In this document: positions 24,733 through 36,992 of the stretch, one piece after another
Position numbering within the stretch: the stretch's first letter is position 1
Layout of the letters: every line of letters starts with the position of its first letter
Source of the DNA: Catajapyx aquilonaris
Taxonomy: Eukaryota
Direction: 5' to 3'
Length of the DNA stretch: 52,869 nucleotides
Assembly: GCA_000934665.2 (NCBI GenBank)
Contig: JYFJ02002671.1
Location: 1-52,869, forward strand
Notes under the pieces: model-generated
Seen by the model: only the letters and a program-made list of their open reading frames with translations
What the model was told of the DNA's origin: nothing
Database searches by the model: none
Position numbers and translations under genes: made by a program

Positions 24733-25311
24733 TGTTTGGAATCTAACTTATTTAGGAAAATCAACTTACGCACGCATTGTTTACTACACACAGTCACTAA
24801 AAGTATTGTAAAAAAGATAATAAGTAGCCATTTAATAAAATTATAAGTCAGCCCTCAGTTCATTTCATTTATCTGAGCTCTTTCTTGTATGTCGAAAACG
24901 TGTCAATACAAAATGAGTTATCACTCCCACTGAGCCATTATTACGAATTATTACGTCATATTCGTATACCCGGTACCTGCAAAAGGTGTAGTTATTCGAG
25001 ACTTCCAGTGTCCATCATTACTCAGTCAATGTCGTGACCACGAGGCCTGGCTTATACCTGGCAGGTGGTCAGCCAGCTCTGAAGTACAGTATGTTGGTCC
25101 TCATTTTGCAATCTCTCGTCGTTTCGCATCGCATTTCACACTAATGTTTCCCACCCACCATATGGCGTAGATCTATCGCATCGATTGGAAGTTGCAACCA
25201 AGTGTTCATTGCATACCGAAATCACTTAAAGAGATGGTTTCCTTAGGTGGGAAACGTCGTAACAGAATATTTTATTGCCGCCTTACGACACAGGCTGAGT
25301 CTTGCCTCTTC

Positions 25312-25375
25312 ACTTATTAATGGGATAATGATTGATATTAATAATTAATATCGAATCATTATCCCATTAATAAGT
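25312..25375. repeat. 64-bp AT-rich near-perfect palindrome
   Basis: ACTTATTAATGGGATAATGATTGATATTAAT-A-ATTAATATCGAATCATTATCCCATTAATAAGT. Confidence 0.85.
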
Positions 25376-25604
25376 AATAAGTGATAATTATTTTTGCTGC
25401 GTTTTACAGTTGTGATGCGGAACACATCAGCGTAGAAATTATTCATTTAGTCGCATTTAGTAATGAGGAAGCCAGAATATGTGTGTGCTAAGTGCGTAAA
25501 ATTGTATATTGAGCCAAGTAGGTCAGAATTATTGTGATATTGAATTCCTTAGTGTCAGGAAAATACTCACAGGAGAGTAACGTTATTTTCAAGTGAGTCG
25601 CAAA

Positions 25605-27566
25605 ATGAATCTGATGTCATTATTCACAGTGTTGACAGTTTATCTTCATTTGACCCAATGTGACCTGTCGATTACTGAAAACCACTCGCTGGAAGAACTA
25701 GTAACACAGCTGATGTGGAACTTCCTCAAAGACGGCGAATTGTTGGGCACGGAATGTCCCCTGGCCGTGACCCATGACCTCGGGTGGGGTTGGCCTAGAA
25801 ACCTGGAGATCTTAGTGTCCAACATGTCTCTGGCAGGGAGGCCCGTGTTGCTGGCCAAATCGACTAGTTCTCAACATAGCAGATGGGACTGCTCAGAGTC
25901 GAGTTATCCCAAGAGTGATCCCACACTGTACCAACCTACTCACAATTTCAAGTGCTTGGTCAATCTGTTGACCACTTGCAGCCAGAACTACGAGGATGCC
26001 ATGGAAGAGCTGCTGGATCCGGAGGAAGGAGTGGTCAAGGCCAAGAAGAACAAGGATAAATTTGTGATTTGGATCAGGGACAAACCTGAAGATTTTCTGC
26101 TGGAGAAACCGGCGTCCGATCTGAAGTATAAAGTTGGCGTCACTGCCATCGACAGACGCACGGCAGAGTTATCCTCTGTGTGCTTCTTTTGCGACGAAGG
26201 AGAACCTGTCACTGAACTGTTCGTCACTAATTCAACTACATTGCCAATCAGTCTTGGAACCATGCTCCTGAAGGACAGAACCGATGATTTTCATGGAAAA
26301 CATTTGCACACAAACTCTTACATTAACTTCACTTCCACGCAATGCAATCCGCATGAGTCGATAATTTTCATTTCAGTTTGCTTCGTAGGCGAGGCTCTCA
26401 ATTTTAAATGGACGGCCGCTCATATCAATCTAGACGAACTCTTCAGTGATGTGGGTAAAGGTCTTGGATATCTAGACGATATCAGAAAGGGAAAGATATC
26501 GTTTATAATGACTGTTCCTCTCATTGAAATTGTTACTGCCTTGTTTGATGTAATAACACCTCATAATCAAGGCCGACTAACCTTCGCAGCACGCAAGCCT
26601 AACACAATCAACACCCCTCTAATGATCATCTATCCTTATGAATTCATCCCGTGGTGTTGCTTCTTCATTTCTCTGCTTCTTTATGGCTGGTTCATTTTTC
26701 ATTTGTCCAAACGTCAGCTGCGAAGGAACATACTTTTGTCCAAATTTCATTCAGTATTTGGAAGTTTGCAATATTTGGCGCGGGCTGTACTTGACCAAAG
26801 TTTTGAAGCCAATACTGGAGGTCAGCTAATGTCGTCGTTTCAGATAGCCCTCGTCTTCTGGTATTACTTTGTTATAGTCGTGGAAACAGGGTACGAAGCG
26901 AAACTGTTCGAAATTATGACCCATCCTCCTACGGAGAAAATACCTGAAACTTTTTCGGAACTATACAATTCCAATTACAAAATCAATGTCGATTATGGGC
27001 TTCATCAGATCCTGATAGCAGCAGAGGCAACTGAACTAAACGAGAACATTCCTTCTTTCTTTGAAAAATTACGAATTGTGGAAACGGCCGAGTGTGTGAG
27101 CACAATGATTGCCGAAGACAGGGTGTGCTTGGGAGAAGCAAATTGGCTGAAGGATGCCACAATGGACTACTTGCTCTCTGCTGGTGGTGGCACATCCACC
27201 ACGTTCGTATCGGAGGATTCTCTGGTCACCTTTTACAATTCAATGGGGTTCGCCAAAGAGAGAATTTACACTGACAACTTTGATTATTGGATCCAAATCT
27301 TCAACAGCATTGGTCTCAGCGTAAAGAGCGATCGTTTCATTGAATTCACTAAACTGTGGAGACTTGCAAGAATGGCGGATGGTAACGGCCGAGAAGACGA
27401 GGAAGACCAAGTGGTTTTTACGCTGGAGAAACTTCAAGGAGCGTTTTGCGTATTGCTCGGCGGAATTGCATTGTCACTTCTAGTCTTCTTGAAAGAAACT
27501 CTGCTCAGGGGTTGTTTCCCCCGGCATAATTGTTGTTCTGGACAAAATGCAAATAGTCTAGGTTAA
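25605..27566 (+). CDS. Divergent ionotropic receptor, intronless, IR-2 (tandem paralogue of IR-1)
   Basis: Colinear with IR-1: ECPLAVTHDLGW, VCFFCD, PYEFIPWCC, ETGYEAKL, LQGAFCVLLGG. Confidence 0.85.
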   Translation: MNLMSLFTVLTVYLHLTQCDLSITENHSLEELVTQLMWNFLKDGELLGTECPLAVTHDLGWGWPRNLEILVSNMSLAGRPVLLAKSTSSQHSRWDCSESSYPKSDPTLYQPTHNFKCLVNLLTTCSQNYEDAMEELLDPEEGVVKAKKNKDKFVIWIRDKPEDFLLEKPASDLKYKVGVTAIDRRTAELSSVCFFCDEGEPVTELFVTNSTTLPISLGTMLLKDRTDDFHGKHLHTNSYINFTSTQCNPHESIIFISVCFVGEALNFKWTAAHINLDELFSDVGKGLGYLDDIRKGKISFIMTVPLIEIVTALFDVITPHNQGRLTFAARKPNTINTPLMIIYPYEFIPWCCFFISLLLYGWFIFHLSKRQLRRNILLSKFHSVFGSLQYLARAVLDQSFEANTGGQLMSSFQIALVFWYYFVIVVETGYEAKLFEIMTHPPTEKIPETFSELYNSNYKINVDYGLHQILIAAEATELNENIPSFFEKLRIVETAECVSTMIAEDRVCLGEANWLKDATMDYLLSAGGGTSTTFVSEDSLVTFYNSMGFAKERIYTDNFDYWIQIFNSIGLSVKSDRFIEFTKLWRLARMADGNGREDEEDQVVFTLEKLQGAFCVLLGGIALSLLVFLKETLLRGCFPRHNCCSGQNANSLG

Positions 27567-28246
27567 TTATTTAACCGCCAATTAAGGTGCTTGGATTATC
27601 GCACAATTATTCCGATAAGTCCACTTGCGCGGTTGGCCATCTTGGATTTCTATTTTGTGCCGGGCACAATTTGTGAAAAGTTCGGTACTTTGGAATAATT
27701 CTAAAGGTTATTTTGATTTTGTGCTCCATAATCGTGCTTTTCATGTGTTTTTTTGTGCTCGAAAATTATCCCAGTGGAAACAGGCCTTTTGCGACTGTCG
27801 CTGACTTTTACCATGACGACGTACTTGTCGATTTAATTCTTTGTGTTTTGTTGTCAAGGTATAGTAGCCCAGATATTGTTCATGAATCAGTCTGATGAAT
27901 CGTTAGTGTTCAGATTGGTTCCAGCAGTGGATGAATTCCGGACTTATGTATTGCTTAATCACTTAGTAGTACTATGAGGAAAAGTCGCGTCTGAAACATA
28001 CTGCTGCTTTTGCGACGACGTCTTTTTTGCGGCTAAAGAGGGAATGAGAATTTATTACTGGTGACTTGGCACTCCAGGTGAGATTTTTGGCTATATTTCG
28101 ATGGTTGAACAACAGATAAATAATTAATGTGCCAGAAATTAGGAAATTGGCGCATCTTATTCATGACTGTTTCACTTTGAAGATCACACTTGGTGGTGAA
28201 GAATTTCTGGTGACATTGTGACTCTTTACGCGTCATAATATCAACC

Positions 28247-29126
28247 ATGTCGTTGGAGGTGACTGTCAAGAAGGAGGTGGACGAAGAAGGGCAAGGGGAC
28301 TGCAGCATTACCACCGAGGAGACGTGGAAGTTGGCTCTGAAGCAGGAGAATCCATCGTTATTTGATGAGGATTCAACAGCTGCTTTTTTTGAGGGGATCA
28401 CTGGTGAAGGTACGATAAAGGAGGAGACAGTTGAAGAAGAGATCACTGCACCAGATGCTTCTGATGATGAAGATGACCCGTTGGCACACACTTCAGAAAT
28501 GACCAATGAGGTAGGACAGCAATGGACACAAATGGGTGAAATTATTATACAAAATTATTGGCTTTCAGTTGACCCAAACGACACTCGATGTTGGACGCTC
28601 AAATGATGGAAGCAATGGTCGTATTCAGTCATTTGCTTGCCAACTGTGCGAGAGAAGGTACTTCGTGGCATCCGATTTGAAGTCCCACATCATGACTCAT
28701 GTGGGCCATGGGTTATTGGTTTGTCCGGTGTGCGAAAAGAAGTTTAAAACGCGTCCTCATTTGAAGAAGCACGTTGTCGTTCACACGGAAGAGAAGCAGT
28801 TTGTTTGTCAAGTGTGCCAGAGGCAGTTTTGGCACTTATCTGCAATGAAAACTCACGTCGCTACTCACTTGGAAGAATTCTTTTGCCCAGTGTGCCAGGC
28901 AATGTTTAGGTCTGCGAATAAGTTGAATGAGCACAAAAATATCCATTCAAAAGCAAGGCCGTTTGCATGCCAAGTGTGCCATAAAACGTTTAGTCGTTCA
29001 AGTTACCGCAATGTTCACATGGTGATTCACTCTTGTCAAATGTGCCAGTGGAAATTCAGGCGATCACGTGAACTGAAGGTGCACTGGCGGTACACGAGGA
29101 ACGGAAATCATGCCACATTTGCCTGA
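28247..29126 (+). CDS. C2H2 zinc-finger protein ZF-1 (3' end degenerate)
   Basis: Exons 28247-28510 (acidic) and 28569-29126 (CxxC...HxxxH fingers). Relative to its paralogues it has a 1-nt deletion at ~29085 and a downstream TAA. Confidence 0.8.
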
Positions 29127-29733
29127 AACCCGTTATTGCTTCAAAATTTGAAATGCACATTCAGGCTCACAAGGAAGAGGAGATACATTTTTGCAGACAT
29201 TGTCAATAAAAGTTTTCTTGCACAAGGACCTTGAGAATGCACACATCAATTTGTGCGCCAGTCTTTGAGATAAGAAGTTTCGAAGTTATAGTACAACTGA
29301 AAAGACACACCAGTAATGGTCGCCAAAAACCTTCTGTATTGATGTGTGTCTCTCTCTTTTTTTTTACTTTTAAGGAGTTGTCATATTGAATGCATCCACT
29401 ATTTGGAGGTGTATAATTTATTGTGGTGATCCTTTGTGAATCTATTATTCATGTTATATCAATCACTTTACAATAAAGCATGTGTTGAATACTATGAAAC
29501 CCTGCAGCAATCCAAATTTGTTACAACAGAGACGATGGAAACTGGGCAGTTCGAATTTGGTTAATTATTTTACCATGCAACGGGCCTGTTGATTCAGGCT
29601 TTGTTGTCTAGGTAGTGGCTTTGGGCATTGTTTAAGTCTGGCCGTGAGTCTGACGAAATGTCAGTGGTCAAATAACATTGGTGCAAATCGGTGTGGTGGA
29701 GGAATTATCTGGTGACATTCTGACTCTTGAACG

Positions 29734-30528
29734 ATGGAGGTGGCTGTCAAACAGGAGGTGGACGAAGAAGAAAAAGGAGACTGCAGCAGTACCACCGAGG
29801 AGACATGGGAGTTGGCTCTGAAGCAGGAGGATCCATCGCTATTTGATGAGGATCCAGCAGCTGCTTTTGAGTGGCTCGTTGGTATGAAGAAGGGCATTGC
29901 CCCTGATGCTTCAGAAAGGAACAATGAGGTAAGCCAGCAATACACACCAAATTATCTGAAAAGGCACATTCAACACCGAGTAATTTATTCTTATTAGGTG
30001 ACCCAAAATGCACCTGATGTTGGAAGCGAAACGGATGGAAACAATGGTCACATTGAGGAACCTGGTGGACTGAAGTCATTTTCTTGTCCGGTGTGCCAGA
30101 CAAGTTTTGAGTCGGAAAATCATTTGAACGAGCACAAAGTTATCCACATCACAGAAGAGAGGACCATTGCCTGCCAAGTGTGCCAGAAAACGTTTCGTCG
30201 TAAAAATTACCTCAGTACCCACATGGCAATTCACTCAGACATAAAGCCGTATCCTTGTCAAAAGTGTGAGAGGAAATTCAGGAGATCAAGTCAACTGAAA
30301 GTGCACATGGCTGTACACGACGTACGGATACCTTGCTACATTTGCATGAAGCCGGTTTTTGCATCGAAATTTGAAAGACACGTTCAGTCTCACTCGAAAG
30401 AGGAGATACATTTCTGCAGACTCTGTCAAAAAAGGTTCCCTTGCGCAAGGAGTTTGACCGAGCACATGATGACCCACGCAGCAGTTTGTGTGTCAATCAC
30501 GATGCCATTTTATTACAAGTTCCGATAA
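29734..30528 (+). CDS. C2H2 zinc-finger protein ZF-2
   Basis: Exons 29734-29928 and 29998-30528 with a phase-0 intron; five C2H2-type fingers. Confidence 0.88.
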
Positions 30529-31012
30529 GAAAGTTTCCAAGTTGGTGCAACTGAAAAGACACTATTTTTACTCGTAACTACATAACCATCAGTGGTGGTC
30601 TTCTGAAATTGGTGTTTACTCTGATTAGTGTCCCACTATTATTTTTGTTACATGTTTCTCTGTAAGAAGACATTTTACCTTAATTGATGTGAATCTATTT
30701 TACTTTTGAATAGTTGTCATTGACTGCATCCAGGAGATTTGTAATTATTGTGATCCTCTGTGAATAATCTACAGTACTATTCATATGTTATGACACTCAC
30801 TTTACAATAAACTGTTCAATACCAAAAACACAACAAGTTTGTTGCCTCTATACGATGGAATTGGTGTTTTGTTGTCTAGGTAGTGGCTTTGGGCATTGTT
30901 TAAGTCTGACGAAACGTCAGTGTTCAAATAATTGGTTCAAATCGGTGTGGTGGAGGAATTATCTGGTGACATTCTGACTCTTGACGCGTCATAATCTCAA
31001 CCATCCAGGACC

Positions 31013-32086
31013 ATGTCGTTGGAGGTGACTGTCAAGCAGGAGGTGGGCGAAGAAGGACAAGGGGACTGCAGCATTACCACCGAGGAGACATGGAAGTTGG
31101 CTCTGAAGCAGGAGGATCCATCGCTATTTGATGAGGATGCAACAGCTGCTTTTTTTGAGGGGCTCATTGGTGAAGGTACGATAAAGAAGGAGGCAGTTGA
31201 AGAAGAGATCACTGCACCAGATGATGAAGATGGCCCATTGCCAGTCACTTCAGAAGTGACCAATCAGGTAGGACAGCAATGGACACAAAAATGATGACAT
31301 GATAACAAATGTATTGCATTTCAGGTGGCCCAAACGACACTCGATGTTGGAAGCGCAAATGGTCGCAATCGTCGCATTAGGATATTTCAGGGACGGAAGT
31401 TACTTCCTTGCCAATTGTGCGAGAAATGGTACATCGCGGCATCTGATTTGAAGGACCACATCGTCATGAACCATGTGAGCGGTGGGTCATTGGTTTGTCC
31501 GGTGTGCGCAAAAGAGTATAGTAACCACGCAAATATGAAGAGGCACATTGTGGTTCACACGGGAGAAAAGCAGTTTGCTTGTCAAGTTTGCCAGAAACGG
31601 TTTTGGATCCCATCTGCAGTGAGAGATCACATGGCCACTCACAGCAACGACTTTTCTTGCCCCGTATGCAAGAGAAGGTTTAGGTCGGCCATTCGTTTGA
31701 ATCAGCACAGCAACATCCACACAGAAGTGAGGCCGTTTGCTTGTCAAGTGTGTCTGAGGAAATTCAGGCGACCATGTGACCTGACTGTCCACATGCTGAA
31801 GGTACACGTAGAACGGAAATCTTGCCGGATTTGCCTGAAGACGTTCAGTGCATCGAAATTTGAAAGGCACATGCAGGCTCATGCGGAAGAGGAGATACAA
31901 TTTTGCAGACTTTGTCAAAGAAAGTTTTCTTGCGCAAGGAGTTTGAGAGAGCACATGATGACCCACACAGCAATGTGTGATCCGATTTATTGTGAGATAA
32001 CAAGTTTCGAAGTTCGAACCAACATTGAAAAGAGAGATGCTGGTACTCCTACTTCCATAACCAGTGATGGTCTTCCAAGTCCATGA
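31013..32086 (+). CDS. C2H2 zinc-finger protein ZF-3
   Basis: Exons 31013-31267 and 31325-32086; seven fingers, including an HTGEK linker. Confidence 0.88.
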
Positions 32087-32798
32087 TGAAATTAGTTTAT
32101 CTCGTGTCACTTCTATTATTTTGCTACATGTTCTCTGTGAGAAGACATTGTACCCCTTAACTGATGTGTATCTTTCTTTTTTTTATACTTTTGCGAAGTC
32201 GTCATTGAACCCATCCACTATTTGGAGGTGTCTAATTATTTTGATCCTATCTATTGTTCATGTTATGTCACTCACTTTACAATAAAAACAAGTGTTCAAT
32301 CCCATAAACACGAAGCAATCCAACGATGAAAATGGACCAGTTGGCATCATTGTGTTGATTTATACTTCATTATTGCAGATGGAATTATTTTTAAGCAGCC
32401 GAAATAATCGGTGAGTACCTGAATGTGTGGAATTAGTGGTGGGAATTGAGTGCCTGCCACCTTTTGTGATTGATATGCATGTGTTCTTATCACTTGTGCC
32501 GTTCTATATAGCCTCCGCTTCATGAGCACATCCTCGTTGTCAACTCTGGAACATCTGGTTGTGTCCCAGTTGCAGGTAATCTTTCTCCTAAAAGGCTTCT
32601 TCTCTCCGTCGGATGTTTGTCCGACCTGATAGTACCTCTCTCTCGCACAACCTGAAGGTGGCAGGAGTGTACAGAAGGAATCTGCGCCATCTATGATTGA
32701 AGAATAGTACTATGTGGTAAATCCGCGGTCAATCGTATTAAAGTTTGTCAATGATTACAGATTTTGCCAAATTTTGCCAACTGGTTCAGTAGTATGAG

Positions 32799-35700
32799 AT
32801 GGCTCCCAAGAAAACAGACAGGGGACCGAACGGGGAGTCCCCTTGGGAGATGGCCCTGGAGGACGCGCCATTGAACCTGTCTGGCCCTCCATGGAGATGC
32901 GTGGTCATCGCAATGTCCACCCCTCCACTTCAGCCGATAGAAGACGTAGACGACACCGACAACATGACAAATTCCTCCAGCACGTTCCCGGACTTCCCTG
33001 GAGACGAACCTGGACAGACAACCCGGTTCGTGGACTGGACAGTCCTGGAGCAGGACATGACCCTGAAGGGAAAGTGCGTCTCTGCCCTACCATTCCCCCA
33101 GCCCTTCAAGAAGGTGCAGAAGATCAACCAGGACAGGCTGGCCGACCCAACCTTGCCCGAACCGACCTCGAGGCTGGTGGCACAGACCATCAAGAGCCAT
33201 CTCCTCAGGGTCAGGGCCGAGTTAGTTGCAGTAAAGAATAAGGGTGAGAAGGGCTCCAAAGGGAAAGGCTCCACGGCCACATTGGAACCCGGAAAAGGAG
33301 ATGAAGAGCCTGAGCATCCGGAGTGCGTCGCTGTCATCCTGGGCGTCCAAAAGGCGGAGGTCTTGCAGGAACTACTCAGAATGGGTTGGTTATTGCACTT
33401 GGCAATGTCCGGACACTAATAATTACCACCGGATGTTTCATTCCAAAAGGTGTTATGGTGCTGGCAGTTGCCCGGATAGATGGTCAGCCAGTGGCCAGCG
33501 GTGACCTCCAGGATGATGTGGAGTATTGTCTCCAAGCAAGCCCGCAGAGTAGCCCTTTCCAGAAGGTGGCGGTTCAGACATTGGTCCTTACAACAGCTCC
33601 AGTCGTACCGGTACCGGCATCCGAATCCTCCACGGATGTCAGCGTGGCCAGCGTGCAGGACTGTGGAGGAAAGTCCAGCAGCAAAATGCTCGAGACGGAT
33701 GAGGGTTTGTCCTTGAGTGTGACTGCCCTTCTCCAACAAATGGGACACGAGTTGTACCGGCATCTCCTGTCGCACAAGGAATACATGGACACACTGCAGG
33801 TCCTGCCAGTTCCGTCCTGTCCTCCTCCGCCAGACGAGCATCTAGCGCTGTACCACAACAGGCTGGACACCGTGGAGCTACTGTCTCCAGGAAGCGTCTC
33901 TCCATCACTAGTGTTGGACGTGCTGACTGACCAGGTCAGCGCTCTCAAGGAAGGGGTCAGGGAGGACGTCAGGTACATGTCGGTTCCGTACGAGTCGGAC
34001 ATGCCAAGTTCCCCCGCGGAGCTGAGAATCCCTCGCTTAGTGTCCGCAACCGACTTGTCCAGCAATCAGTGGACAAAAGAGCCTCCGAGAGTGCTCCGGA
34101 CAGTTCCGTCGCTTCAGACAGCGCTTAAAATGGGCAATACCAAGCTGGTCAGGTACCCGGATTGGTCAACCGGACACTGCATGGTGTCCCGGATGCTCCG
34201 CTTCCTCAACCGGGACAGAGATTGCGAGTACATAACTGCTCCAGAGCTGTTCCACTCGATGCACTTGGCGTTGGCCAACTTCCTGGAGCGAGGTTCGGGA
34301 CAGGAAGGGTACCCCATACTGGACGTGTTGTCCCGGATTGAAACGTCGGATTGGGACGAGGAGCCGTACCACGCGGAGCAGGTGTCCTTCTCGGAGATGC
34401 TGAATCTGCTGATGAAGTCGCACCAGGAGTTTCAGTCGTGGGATGAGGTGGTGGTACCGGCGCTCAGGACGGTACTGCTCCGGTTTTACCATCCCGGACA
34501 TGGTGTACCCGGAGGGGGATGGCAGCACAAATGTACGTCGTCGCATGTCTTACCCACAGCGATGGGGTTTCGGGACTACGTGATGCATCCGGTGGATACC
34601 AAGGATGAGTCGATGATGGTGTACGACCTGCTGAGCAACTGCTACATGGAGAAGTTCGTCGACACCTCGTCCCTGCACCTTCCGAACGGTACGCAGGTGT
34701 GCTACACCCAGACCTGGTGGGGATGCGATCAGAAAAAGACGAACACGCTCGAGGTCACCAGCAGGAACTGTCACTACCTCAGGTGCAACCCGAGTAGTAA
34801 GACCTCGGAGGGTACGCTGGTACCGAGCATTCGGATCGTGACACCGACCGGACACACTGTGGTGGTCAGGGACATGCAGCGTAAGATCCGGTTCCCCAAG
34901 AGTCAGCCTTTACGGATGGCCAAGTCTGAGATGGCCATGAAGGCGCCGGTACCTTGTGCGCCGTACGCGTCTCTTCCGGATCTGACCAGAGGGCACAGCC
35001 CGAAGAGGACCACAAGCCAGGATGAGTGGTGGCGGCATCACGAGATCAGCATGTCTTCGCCGGTATCCGGGTTGGTGGTGGACGTAACGTACGACCACGA
35101 AGGTAACGTCGTGGTCGGACAGATCAATACGAAGCAACAGAACGAGCTGTGGAAGTACGTGACGGTCAACGGAGAGGTTGTCCGTATCCTGTCCTGCGAC
35201 GTCGTGGAGGTGCTGTGTCCTGATGGACGCGTCGTGGTACGGCATGGCGACTTGGAACATGAGTGGGGTTGGTCGCAAGGGTTCAGAACGACGTTGAGGA
35301 TGGAAGAGGAGGAGGTAGTGGCCGAAGAGCATCGGCGTCTGGATGGCGTCAGATCCGTGCTGTACACTGAGGACTCGCGATTGGAAGTGTTCTTTCCGGA
35401 TAGGACCAAGGTGACTACCAGGGCGTACATGATGGATGGCATACCGGGCATGGAGGACACGGACGAGTGGGTGACTGTCCTGGTGGAAAGGCGTGTGCAG
35501 CAGCGGGACTACGCGACGGTGGACATCGCGTCGGACCTGGTCGTGACGGTGACGATGCCGGACGGGTCCCTACACGTCCGATGCGACAACTCATTGCGCT
35601 TAACCTTTCCAGACGCGTGTACGTCCTTGCACGTGTACGAGCTGGAAGCACTCTGGAGGACACTGGGCAACATGTGCGTCATCCAGCTTCAGAACAGGTA

Positions 35701-36541
35701 TCCGCTGACGTCGCGACGGACCATGGCCGAAGTGGTGGATTCAACCCACAGCTGCATGGTACGGGTGACCCAATCCGGATTGTTGGAGTTTGTTTCGAGA
35801 CATGACTCGCTTAAGAAGCAGATGTCTCGTTTCATCGCGGTCAAATGCGGCGAAACTGGAGGTTTCGAGTACAAGGACTCAATATCGTCGTCCACCTGGA
35901 GACAGAAGGTCTTGTGTCAGAAGGGGGTCGTCATGGAGGAGCCGGACGGCATGTGCATGGTGGGACTAACCATTCCCATGGCCGAGCATCATCCGGGACA
36001 CCTCTTCCATCTGGCCACTGTCCTGGACAAGAGGTTCGCCAGCGACGAGTCCGAGCTGACCTTGTTCGTCCCGTCCGACTCCTCGTCTGATGCGACCTTG
36101 TACAGCGTGTCGACCGTGACAAGCGAAGAGTCCTGGGACGGACAGTGGTACGGTTCGCAGCTGGGTCGTCGCACCAACACCCACACGGTCCTGGAGCGAC
36201 ACCTTGAGAAGCTGAGGGTCATACCCGGTGGCACCCTGTCCGAAATGGCACGGTTCCTGGTTGGACGTCTCCGTGAAGAGAAGGCCTGGCGTATGACCAG
36301 GGTTGAAGGGAAGGACGTTATTTGGGACGCGCCCATGCAGTGGCGTTGTGCATGGGAGAAGGACCTGAAGGAGGCCAGGGAGGTGGTCCAGAGGAGGGCG
36401 CAAGAGAAGATCAAGAAGAAGGAGCCCGTCAAGAGGAAGAGGGGTCCGGACGTTGAGCACTACTACATGCGGTGGGAGTACCTCGGAGGACTCAGGGAGA
36501 AGGATCCTTACCAGATCGACCACGACAGACGATCCTCATGA
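32799..36541 (+). CDS. SPAG17: SPAG17/PF6-like axonemal central-pair protein, ~1225 aa
   Basis: Exons 32799-33384 and 33450-36541; a 65-bp phase-1 GT-AG intron joins the two ORFs in frame. The N-terminus MAPKK...WEMAL...W...LVAQTIKSHLL...GDEEP...VILG...ELLRMGVMVLAVARI parallels vertebrate SPAG17 as I recall it; later beta-rich PDG repeats are typical of PF6. Not verified by search. Confidence 0.72.
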
Positions 36542-36707
36542 ATACAAGCATGCACCGTGCAAGGGCTGCCACTATATGTGTAAAAACATTGAGGCGATTA
36601 AAATGGCTGCGATCAAAACATTGTGTGCTAACATTGGCTACAGACTGTACAGATGGCGCCACCAGCCGCTGGCGGCGAAAGAGCGCATCCATTGGCTAGT
36701 GGCTACA

Positions 36708-36815
36708 CCAGTAGCGGCGACTTGTGAGGTCGGAATAGCGCTTAATGACATCCTTCTCTGCGGTGGCGATAGGAATGCACCCCACAAAAATCACGGTCGA
36801 TCAAAGATGGCCGAC
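36708..36815 (+). promoter_or_regulatory. Conserved ZF-family promoter/5' block with YY1/Pho-type motif
   Basis: CCAGTAGCGGCGACT...GAATAGCGCTTAAT...TCCTTCTCTG...GGAATGCACCCC...AAGATGGCCGAC recurs at ~45140-45256 and ~51480-51600, each upstream of a paralogous exon 1. Confidence 0.65.
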
Positions 36816-36992
36816 CAAGGATCGTGAAAAAGGAACATTGGAAGAATAATTGAAGGTATTTGCACTTGGTAATGAGGGATTTCAATGTGATTTTTTGATC
36901 AAAATGAGTGGAATGTACCTACTCGTATGTTGCTGGTATGTATTCATGCGATTATTAGTGTGTGACCTGCAGCTTTTGTGGTGTAGGACCAT

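Noticed and set aside
32843..36523. Numerous antisense and alternate-frame ORFs over SPAG17-like, GR, IR and pol genes
   Set aside because: Shadows of GC-rich coding sequence with no motifs.
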